Positions 10,001 through 22,000 of a stretch of DNA of 63,718 bases are shown one piece after another (position 1 is the stretch's first letter; each line of letters starts with the position of its first letter). Origin of the DNA: Setoptus koraiensis (lineage: Eukaryota > Animalia > Arthropoda); the NCBI GenBank assembly GCA_048013815.1, contig CM106586.1, positions 10,044,001 to 10,107,718 of the forward strand, written 5' to 3'. A program made the position numbers and the translations under genes. The notes beneath the pieces were generated by a model. That model was not told the DNA's origin. It did no database searches and was given only the letters and a program-made list of their open reading frames with translations.

Positions 10001-13000
10001 AATGTGGATGATGAGACGATGATGTGCAGAGAAGTAATAAAATCAAGAGAAAAGGGTTGTCGAGCGCACGCCGGCATAAGTAACAGATCAACCGGTTCGC
10101 GAAGCCCTCGAGCCTTGTAGCCCGAGCCTTGTAGCCCGAGCCTTGTAGCCCGAGCCTTGTAGCCCGAGCCTTGCGCATCGGCCGGCCCAGCTCGAGCCAG
10201 CCAGCACAAGGGGGGTCTCGCCAGCTCGAGCTGGCCTGGTCTGGCCGCCATTTCAGCAATCAGCTGACACAGGTAAGATACAGGTATGATACAGGTGTAT
10301 GCAGGTAAGCTGATGATGGTCGCAGTAGGTTATTGATTGCCCATTAATAGCAGCGGCCATTAATATCGCAACACACTTGTTGCGGCGCTTGCTGGCACAA
10401 TCATTAGCCGCTCACACAATCGCTGACACTGGCACTGGGTATTATTTGGCAATATTAGCCGGCGATGCTCAGTATCATACTGACAGTATGAGCCGGCGAT
10501 GGATGGCGATATTTAAGATGCTATCCGTTAAGTGCTCGCTTTATCCGACCAACGCCGATGAAGAACCCTAGCGACTTTCGATGATATATTGGCGCCAATA
10601 TTTTTGCAGCAAACAATGTGTTGTGCAATGAGATAATTTGAGACATTTGCTTTCAAAACGATGATTTGCTTTCGAAACGACGATTTGCTTTCGAAACGAC
10701 GATTTGCTTTCGAAACGACGATTTGCTTTTGAAACGATGATTTGTGTTCGGTTTTGTTTGAGCCGCGCAAGTTTGTTGAATTGAGTGCAGGGGCACCGGC
10801 TGATACATACTGATAAATGCGAGACAAAATGCACACTGGACATCGGCCGAGAGCCTTCGCACTATGAAGTTCAGAGGGCATTTGCGACTCGCCATGCGCA
10901 TGTCGGCAACATGATGTTGCTGCACGGCGGCAAGTCGGGATGCGGTGCCGAGACCCGCGACGAGGGGCAAATGCGAACCCGAGCGGCCAAATTGAATAAA
11001 TATAAAATTAATTTGAATGGAAATCAATTATCCAGCGACCGTGTTCGTCGGCGTGTGTGTGTGTGTGTGTGTGATCATTTGCGAAAATGCAGACTGCACT
11101 TAATGATGATGATACACAGACACACACACACACTTGGCAATTTTCAATATGAGCGATTATGTAACTGTGATTCTCATGGTACGAGAGCGAGAGTGAGCGC
11201 TCTCGTTGGATTTGCCGAGCGAAACAGGTTGATTACTTGTATCTGTTGGCGCACTGCTGTGGCTGCCGCTGCATAACAATATCACTGCTTCATTCTTCCT
11301 GATAAATCATTCTGAAACTAATTCTTGATACACACACACACACACACACACACAAATATGAAGCGATATAATGATGCGAAAGTTGCTCTCGCTCTCGGTT
11401 CATCATGACGTCTTGCGAGAGTCTTTCTAAAGTCAAATTTATCTCTCTCTCGCTGGCGATTGCGAGCTGATTGCGATTGCATACTTTGTTGCTATTTGCG
11501 CTCATGCCTCAACAAGCACCACTTAGCTGTGTGACGCAACCGCTTTTGCCGTGTCGTCGGCTAATGAATAGCCCCTGTCGAGCTTGCCGGCCGCTCATTT
11601 GGCCAGCGACTGGGCGCCAGTGATGACAAAGATGCTGCTGTCGCCGTTGTTGCTGTTGTTGTTGCTGTTGCTGTTGTTGTTGTTGCTGCCGTTGTTGCTG
11701 TTGTTGTTGCTGCTGCTGCTGTTGTTGTTGTCGGTGTTGCACGACCGTACTCACAAAGCGAAGCAGCGGCGAGTAACGGTCGAGTGAAACGGCCCAAAAG
11801 CGACCCTTTCGACACACACACACACACTGGCCCGTTGCGTCTGCTCAAATTCATGTGTGGATCGGGATGAGTGAGTGGTCAAGATGGACGAATGACGCAA
11901 CTTTGTGACTTTGTGTTCATGCAGCAGCGCACACAAGGACACCAACAAGCTGCGGCAGCGGCTATAATGACTCGGCACAATGATGACCAACGGAGCCGTT
12001 ACAATCAAACGACGACGCGATACGCTATCCTGTTTATGTCCAAAATTAGATATGTATCTCTCATCATTTAAACTCTCTCTCTCTCTCGCTCTCTTTCTAG
12101 ATTTCTATCTCACATCAGGTATCAGCCAGTTACTCACCTGATGTGTCTGATGCCTGATGTGAGCCGGCCACATCGGGCCACTAACATATGATATAATATC
12201 ACTGGTAGTGACCAGTGGTATTATATCACATAACAGTATTCCGCTGGGCACAGCGGCCGGCGACTGCACTAATTAGCTGCAAAAGTTCATTAGACTGACA
12301 TAAAACATGTCAGTGTAATAGATAAAACCGGCTCATGTTGCGACCGAACTGGACACGATCGATAGCAATCGATTCTCACGCGCCCCTCACGACACTTTGG
12401 CTCGCCAACACTGATTTTAACGGCGATTTGTGAATGGGGCTCAACTCACAAGTTGCAACTCACAAATTGCAACTCACAAATTACAAATCACAAGTTAAAA
12501 AGTCACTCACAAATTACAAATCTCAGGCCGGCCTCTCACAGATGAATCATCTGAGATGACGTTGTGGCACTTGTTGCATGTTTTTCAACATACAACAGAA
12601 TGCGGCCGCGAGCTGTCGCTGTCGCCGACAATTGAAACGCAATTGACGGCAACCCAGATACGCATGCATTTGCAACAAAATATTGATCATTACAGCTCAA
12701 TATTTAATTGCAAAATATTTTTGATTAATACAGCTCAATAATTAATTGCAACACAAGATGCAGCCGGCGCCGGTATGTTGGCGTCGTGCGCTAATTAGTG
12801 CGCCCGCTCGCACAGGTGAGCGAGCCGATGTGAGCGAAGCCGCTAATTGACACAGCACTAATTGACAGTGCGCTAACTGGCAGTGCTATGAGCGCTAATT
12901 GACAGTGTAACGGAGAGTATAGCAACAGTTGTGCGCAAGCAGTGTCTGTCAATGCCGGCCATACAAGCCACTGGTCAGCGCACTGGTCAGCACACTGGTC

Positions 13001-16000
13001 AGCCGACGAGCCACCAACTTTGCACTTCCGTCCCCATTTGGCAGCGCCAGTCCTTTTTGCACTGGTTAATGGTGTCAGCAACGGTGAGATACGCAGCCCA
13101 TTACACAGGCAACGAACGGTATCTTGACGGCATCATTTATGTGCCGGCACATAACGGGATTCTCTGCCCAATCGAGACTCTTGCTCCGGCCAGCCGAGAC
13201 TCTCGAATGGGCGGCGGCGGGCCAGACACTGTCATTAGCGACACATAATTAATTAATAATTAAGCTGTGCGGCCGGCGCAGTGGCCAGACCAATAGCGCA
13301 CTGTTGGTCCGGCGGATAGCTGGGCGGCTCTGTTGTGAGTGACCGGCGGTCTGATTGAAACAAGCTGACCAAAACCACGACCCAAGCGACCCGCCACTTG
13401 TCTCCTCTACTGTCCAGCAGGGCAACACAATTGCACAATGTATCCCGTGATGTAACGAGCCAATAATAATAACAACAATTGTTTGCTTGTTTGTTATGCA
13501 AACACTCACACACTTAATAACTCGCTCATATTCGCTCATATTCATTGGCGTGTCGTCGTTGTGATCATTATTACGCAATTATGTAACACACGTTGTAGTG
13601 CCACCAACGAGCCAACACCAACAACATTGTTTGTCATTTTGTGCTGCTGCTGCTGCTGTTGGCGCCACAATGAACCAGAATAGCTGGCCACAACACAGTG
13701 AACAACACGGGACAGGTTGCGTGACCAAATTATGCAAGGCATCGCATGGCGTTGTGCGCAGCCACAACAACAACAAACAATGGACAAACATCATTTGTCA
13801 GTCACTGTCGCTCGCTCTGTCATGTGACACGTCCTCGTCGAGCTTGATGTGGCCGCTGCTGTCGTCGGGCTGCCTCGACATGCTTGTCAGCTCACCTGTT
13901 CATTGTGTTACGCGAGCCGGTCAAAGTTACGTCTAACACCGTTACGTAACAATCGTCGGCGAGCGGCTGGCCAGCAACGGCAAGCGGCCAGCGGACAGCA
14001 ACGGCAAGCGGCCAGCGGACAACATCGCCCTGTTCAAATGTCATCCTTGGCTGACTGGCCAGCCGGCCACACGAGCGCGCGCGATAATGTAACGGTGGCG
14101 CCTCGTGACTGCCCGTTCAAGGTGCAAGCGCGTTGCATTCAATTATGCTCTCAAATTAGTTGCATTGTGTTGCTACAAGTCGGTTGTTGCTGTCAGTTTG
14201 TTGGCGCCGCCAGTGCACACAAACACAACAAACAACGGACAGGTGACATCTGACACTTGTTACACTTTGTTGTGCGCGGCCAACACTGGGCCGCGTGTGC
14301 GTATGATTATGCAAATGGCCAGAGCATGGACTGTTGCTGTTGTTATTGTCGTGAAATTATTAGATATTATTCTCGATTTCGCCACTTTCGCCTGTTCACT
14401 CGCTCGCTGGCTCGCCTGCTCACCGCGCGCATAATACAAAATGTATGCAAAATGCTGTGCTCGCGCGTACAGGCACGACCTGCGACAAACAGTTTACAAA
14501 CAACGACACAAGCAACAGGTTGGTCTGGCCGTGTGACGTAATGCCCGCTGCTGTTGCGCTGCTGCTGCTGCTGCTGCTGTCGTTGTTGTCGTCGTCGCTG
14601 CTGTTGTCAATGACCGAATTGATGGCTGCGAACGCACACCGATTGTCATAGCAGAGTGCTGAAAACAACACATTCCACCATTTGTTGCGCCAGCGCCAGC
14701 AGCGACACAGTGGAATTCGAATTAAAATAATAACAACGCTAAACTGGCGACACAAGCACAAATAAGTGTGATAATATTCACATTCATAATCGTGCCGTCA
14801 CAATGTCGAGCTCTTTGTTTTGTCGGGCTGTGTGGCCGCGAGCGCCGTTACAGAGCTTGCCAACATCTGACCTTGATCCCTGCCAGCCCGCGCGCCCGTC
14901 GGGTGTCGCTGGCTGGCATGTTTACGAGACGAACGTTTTAAAAACAAAATGGTATCGCTCGCACAAATCTGACAGATCTCTCTCTCTCTCTCTCTCTTGC
15001 GATCTGAGAGTAACACTTACGCAAATCGAGTATCAAACAAAACTTTTGTTACGAACCTCGCCACTATCGCAGGTCGCTAGTTGCGCCGCTATCGCACACT
15101 ATCGATGGTCAGCCGACGGCACAAGTTTGAACTGTTTATTTGACGAGATCTGTTCGAGATCCCGTCGTCAACTGTCAAATAAACAGTCATTTGCAACTGA
15201 CTGTATTCCGACACCCGCCTGTCGGATACAGAACGCTTAGGTGGCGCCACCCAGATACGACACACTGCGCATTGGTGCCATAGGCGTGAATGGCAGCGCA
15301 CAGTTGATATTATTTGATTTTTATTGAGCCAATCAATTAATGCAAAGGTGTCGAAATGAGCATGAACCTGACAACTGGCTCGCGAGCTGGCAATCTCTCT
15401 TTTATTTGATCGTCTCGTTGAAATGATAAATGAATTATCTCCGGCTCGCCATCTCAAGCCTATCTCACGGTTAGATCTGTCTCTCAATGATGGCCGCAAT
15501 CGGCCGAGCCAACACTTACTTTTGATTGCTAATATACAGCAATAATAATGTGAGTGATTAGCGGACCGTCGCTCATATTGACCCGTCGGCCCGTTTGTCG
15601 TTAGCGGCCAATGGCAAACTGAAGTGCGCTTGTTGCCATTACACACACACACACACACACAGTAACTAACAATATCTCAGATATCTGGTAATATCTGAGA
15701 TATTGCGCAATTTTTACACTTGCGTGTGTGATATGCACACTTGTTGCGTAATAGGCACACTTGTTGCGTAATTAGAGTGCGCATTGCAACACCCAATCGC
15801 CAGCAACAAAGTGCAGAAGCTCGTTTATCGTCGCTTCATCTCGCTCGCTCGCTCGCTCGCATTACCTGTCCGACGTTGTTTAAATGTTGTTGGTGAATGT
15901 GTTCTATCAACACCTATCGTCTATTCGCAAACAACTGCACACAATGACAACAATGGCGGCCACCAATACGTAACAGCGCACAATATAAACACACATGAAA

Positions 16001-19000
16001 TACACACACGAAATTCGCGACAAGGTGACCATGGTTACGTAACGGCATGCGGCGAGCTTGGCACGCTTACAATTGTTAGATTGCGATCGCTAAAATCGCT
16101 AAATCTGTGTGTTATGCAAAACAATGGCCAGCTATGTTATGTAACTTGTGTGTGTAACACAAGTTTAGATAAGTTTGCAATAAGTTTGGGTATGGCGCTC
16201 GCTTGCGCAACAAGGCGAGCTCGCTGTTGTGAACTGGTCAGTGGTCATCTGCCCATCAGCTGGTCAGTTCTCATCTGTCGCTTCTCATCATCGCTGGTTA
16301 TTTTAGTTGGTTGTTATAGTTGGTTGTTATCAGTTGGCTGGCGATTCGATTCACAATTCAGTCAGTTCTCGTAATAACTCGCACCCAAAATGCCCGAAAT
16401 ACCCCGATTGGCGGTCGTGTCACCCGAACAATTAGAACGTCCAGCAGAATGTTGTGTGCGATGTGAGGAGATAAGATTGAGCGAGCGTTTGCTTGTAACG
16501 TCGAGCTGATAAGGCCAGCAAACAAGAGCCTAGTGGAAACTGGTTCACAATCAAGTTCACCTTCTCAGCGCAACAACGACAACGACTACGACAACGACAC
16601 CAACGACAACAACGACAACGACACCAACGACAACAACGACAACGACAACAACGACAACAACGACAACGACGACAACGACAACAACAGCACAAACGGTTAT
16701 AAACGTGAAAACACAATCGCGCTGGCGGGCGTTGTTGCGCTGGCGGGCCGGCGCGCAAGTTCATCTTGCGACTTTATTATTATCTTCATTTGCATCTGTG
16801 CAAACGACCAACACACAAACGAACTGTCGGGCTAATTGACGGCGCAAACGGCTCGGTTGCTGGCGCCTCGGCTGCAGTTTGCGGCACCCGAAGCTTATCA
16901 CTTTATTAATTACAGTCTCGAGAACGGCTTGTGACACTGGGCTTGCGCAAGCCAGCCCAACCTCATGTAACCTGGCGCTGCTGCGCGACATGTGAGAGCG
17001 GAGATGCGGCGCGATAATGTCAGCATGACATAAAGATAATAACATTAAGATGATATTAAGATAGTATTAATACGATATTAATAAACGGCCGCTAGTTGGC
17101 GGCCGCAACTGTGCGCTGCGTAGTCGCGGTCGTACTACAGAGTGTGTCGCAAACCGGCCAGTGGCAGCCACGACACATGACGTTCGTTTGACATATGTGA
17201 CATTTGTGACACATGTGACAAGTATGACAACCCGCGATCATACGTTCGCCCAGCTGACCAGCCGCTGACCTGGATTGCACACAATACCGTTGCGTATTGT
17301 TGTGTGCTGCTGTGTGTTGTGGTTGTGTGTTGTTGTTGTGTGTCGGTGTGTGTTGTTGTTGTGTGTCGGTGTGTGTCAGCTGGCTGGCCAACATTGCAAA
17401 TCAGCGGCGCACTAATTTAATTTTGTGTCGTCGGCGGCATTTTGCGCACTTTGTCAAACTGTCACACAAACACTCGCATGGAATTTTGTCGGATGATCTC
17501 TCAATAAATTACGCAACATCTCGCGCTCTATTTTGAGCGTGTGACAATCGCTGCTGGCATGTCGTCGTGCCCGCACACATTTGTCAGCGCCACAACAACA
17601 CCGATCTGCATAGCGCGCATGCTGCATGATGCAACAGCATACTCACCTGTACAGTGTACAGTACAGGTGAGCGGGTGTGCGATCTGTCGCGCTTGGCGGA
17701 CCAGCGATCGAGAGCATATTTCGAGCCGTCGCTGTGCGCCGGCCAGACACTGGCGCTGACAGCCGCCAGCGACACCCGAGCCGATTGACAATCGAGAGTC
17801 AATTGTGACTCACACCATTTGTGACTCACACAATTTGTGACAGCGAGCTGCCAATGGCCGGCGCTTGTCGCCGGTTCGTTAGCCTGCTCACCTGTCGGCT
17901 CACCTATCGGCTCACCTGTCGGCTCACCTGTCGGCTCGCCCGTTGCCTCACCTGTGTGTGTGTCGTGTCGCGCAAACACAAATGCGCAAATGCCTGCGCG
18001 CCTGTCACTGACCCCGGCAAGAGGCGACAGAAAGTGGCGACAGCGAGTGTCTGCGAGTGACGGCTCACTCGCACATTGTCGGCTCGCTGGCAGATTGTCG
18101 GCGCGGCTCATGGAAATCGAATGAGATTTGACTGGCTCATTTGAATGAGGTTTGACTGTGTCGTTTGAATGCGATTTGACTGTGTCGCTTGAATGAGACT
18201 TGCGCAATCAAAATCAAATCAATAGAGCACACGACTGTGCATGCCGAATGAGCGGACAAAAATAGACGAAACGGTTGCAGACATTCAATTGCGCCGGTGC
18301 GATATGTGCGACGCTCCAAGACGACGCTCGATGAATCACTTTCGCTGGTCGCTCACGACATGTCACGCAATGCCGGCAGGCGCGTTTTTTCTCTCGCACT
18401 GTCACTGCGTCTTGGCGACTGCCACTGCCACTGCGACTGCCACTGCGACTGACTTGTGAGGCTGACGGAGACGTCGACAGAGAGCGCGACAGCGGCCACC
18501 GTTACGGGCGCTCGGCGCTGACAAAGTCGCGCATTGCGGCACAAAGTCGCGGATTGCGGCCGCTGCCAGAGTGGCATTGTGGCGAGCGACCAATGCATGT
18601 TGTGCGAGCGATTGATTCAATGCGATTCCAATTGCGATTTGTAGCTTGCGTGCCCGCATGTGCCCGCCCAGTTGACATGCCGCTAAACATTGGCGACTGC
18701 TCGCACTGGCACTTTCACCGTCCAGCCTCCGTTGGCTCCATTACATCATTTGTTGCTGGTCGCATTCGTGCCCAATGTGACCAGTGTATGATTGCGTAAC
18801 ATGTGCGCTCAATTACTAAATCAACATTATCCACTTAGACAATCGGCTGTCGAGAGATTATCCCTTGGCGTTGTCGTGCCTCCGCTTTCGCAGCCTGCAT
18901 ACGCTCACACTGTAATACACTCACGCTGTAATACACTCACACTGCAATACACTCACACTGCAATACACTCACAACCGGCACAAATGGCCGCATGTCGTAT

Positions 19001-22000
19001 ACATGCAACACAGACGATATGTCTCAATGTGTACAAATGGCCGCACAGGCGAAATCAATCACGACGCACGGCGAGACGGTCGGTCGTCGCTGTCGTCGTC
19101 GCTGTTGCTGTTGCCGTTGCCGTTGTTGTTGCCGTTGTTGTTGTTGCCGGTTCTCATGCCTCGCGCGCCAGAGAAACAGAAGTCTCGAGCGCTCTCACGC
19201 GCTCTCACGGAGCCTGTCGAGCCCTCGGCCGAGCGGGCCCAATCGATACTTTGGATCGGCTGCTCGGAGCGGCCGTGCGGATCGGCCGTGCGGATCGGCC
19301 GCTCGGATCGGCCGTGCGGATCCGCTGCGCGGATCCGCTCACTCGCAAATGCCAACGAGCGCCAATGAGCCTAATCGAATCAAATTCGAGCGCCGATTGA
19401 CGCGGCCGCCGTTATTAGGCCGCCGTTGTTAGGCCGCCGTTGTTATTGTGCCGCTGGGAGTGCCCTATCAATTATTAAACTGTTTCGCGAATCGCGAGCA
19501 CAACTCCGCCGATCGCCGCTCGCCACAACCGTGCAACAGGCGCCAACTGCCCACCGGCCAGCCCATGCAACTTCATTGGCTACCGGTAGCCGGCTCATTT
19601 GTCGACCGGCTCGACCGTTTTGCAACGTTACGTAATGTGTGTGTGTGTGTGCTCGCTGGATCATGAATAAATGATTACACTCAAATTAGTATCAACACAA
19701 ACGGCGGACAGTCGCTAGTGGCTGCTCCCGTTCTCTCAGTTCGAGAGCCGCGAACTGAGAGAACGCTCTCAATTGGCCCAATCTGGCCGCTATACAAACA
19801 AGGCGGCAGCCGGCCGAGTATCATGAATTGCATCATGCGCACAAGTATGCAGATGAGTGGCCGGCTAACTGGCCGGCAAGTCGCTGAGAGCGCTGAGAGC
19901 GATGAAAGCGAGATAAACGCTCCGCTGTAAACGCGCTGGCCGGCTGACGCGGCTCGGCTTCGAATCATCATATTGCGATATCGCCAGCACACAAATAGAT
20001 CGTTAACCTGTCTCGGCGTCTCGGCGTCTCGGCGTCTCGGCGTCTCGCTGTCTCACTGGCTCGGTGGCGCATTCTGTCCCAGTCGCGCATTCGCTCGCAC
20101 TGTCCGGCGCTCGGCATTCTTTTGGGCCGGCGCTGGGCATTCTTTTCGGCTGGCCAACTGCGCTGGCCGGCTGGCCCGACGCAACGTTGCGCCGCAAAGT
20201 GTCTTCTTTTGCCTGTTGCCACTTGCACACACACACAACTCTAAATATACACACTGTACACAATGACGACCGGCCCAAAACCTACACAAGCGCTCACGAC
20301 GCAACTTGCGCAACTTGTTCTTTCGAGCCGCGCCAGGTAGCCACTTACGCAACACACTACGTATAAATATAAACCGTAACGCTGCTGCCTTTACAAGTGG
20401 CCAAAACACAAGTAGCGGCTGCATGGGAGATATTCATCAAAGTCAGGCGCGATCTATCTGCGTATGCAGATCAATAAAAAAGAATGGCACAAAACACAAG
20501 AGCGCAACAAACAACAAAATGACTATTCACTTACCTCAATTTTAAACTCTGGCTTGTTTTTGTTGTGCTGCGCCGTTGTTGTTGTTGTTGTTGTCGTTGT
20601 CGTTGTTGCTGGCTGCCTCTGCGACACAACCACCTCTCTGAAGCTCTCCAGTGCGCTGTTGCTGTCCGCTCGCTGCTGCTGCTGTTGCGCCGCTGATGAC
20701 TTTTGCACATTATAATTCCAATTTAAATTGTTGTTGTGATTTTGCTGCGACTGCTCGAGTGGTTTAGCTCTCGTTTTGGGCTCTTGCGGCTCGCCAACAC
20801 CGACGGTTGCCGAGTGAAATTGTTGAAATTGCTGCTGCTGCTGCTGCAAGTAATTATGCCTACTCGCTTCGTTTAGCGGATGGCGATTAATTAGCGCCGC
20901 CGCCGCCGCATTGTTGCCGTTGCTGTTGTTGCCGTTGTTGTTGCTGTTGTTGTCGTTGTTGTTGCTGTTGTCGTTGTGGTTGCCGCTGCCGCCGTGTGTC
21001 ACGGCCAACAACTTGGCCGGCGGCTCGCCGGCCTGTCCGACGCTGGCCAACTGTTGTTGCATCGCCGGCGCACCGCTCGACCCATCATGGCCAGACAGCG
21101 GCGTCGTCCAGTGTGGAGGTCGCCGACCGTTACTTACGGCCCCGTCGTACGTCATTGTCGTGGGTGGCGCCGTGGTCGTTGTTGCCGCCGTCGTGGGCGA
21201 TTGAGGTCCGCGCTGCTGCTGTTGTTGTTGCTGCTGTTGCTGTTGTAGTTGTTGCTGCTGCTGCTGATAGTGGTGCTGACTGTTGTGCGCCTGGTGCGTG
21301 TGATATCCGCCGCTGACCGCTAATTGATTCAATTTCGCCAATTTGAACTCACCTGTGCCCGCATGCTGTCCGCGGCCGCCCGTCGGGGCTGTCGGCGCAA
21401 CCGGCTCGCCTATGCTGATAATCTTTATTGCGGTGGGCCCGACGGACGGCTCGGCCAGCTTGGCGTCGCTGTGCGTGAAGGGTATTGTTTTGCTCGGCAA
21501 ACCGGGCCGGCGCAGCATGTGAAGCGCGCTTGCCGCTTTCGCGTGTTGCTGCTGTTGCTGTGCATCCCGCTTCTCCGACAAAACATTATAATCTCGGCCG
21601 GCCAGCTCGCCAACTGAGGCCGGCCCGCCGGCGGCACCGGTGCTGGGCCAGAACAGCGCGCCAGCCTTGCCGCTGCTGCCATGATGATTGCGTGTGTGCG
21701 GGTCGCTCGACAGCGAGCGTCGCTGCTTTGCGCCGGGCTCCACCGGCGGCGGAAGTGGCAAGGGCAGCGGCTTCAGTTTCAGATGGAGCTGCAGCGGAAC
21801 TTGCAATTGCATTTGCTTCAGGTTGGTGTCGCCGTTGTCAGAGGATAAAATGGACGTCAGATCGACGTCGTCGGCGCCATTTGAGGTATAGTTTTTGTTT
21901 GTGTTGGATGGCGATGATTGCAACCATGACGATTCAGTGGTATTCGAGTGCTTGCCGTCAGTATTGTCCGCTGCAGTTGTGGCAGCTCGCTGCTGATAAT

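Noticed and set aside
11509-11823. Poly-Q minus-strand ORF as an extra exon
   Set aside because: No credible acceptor before or donor after the CAA/CAG run.
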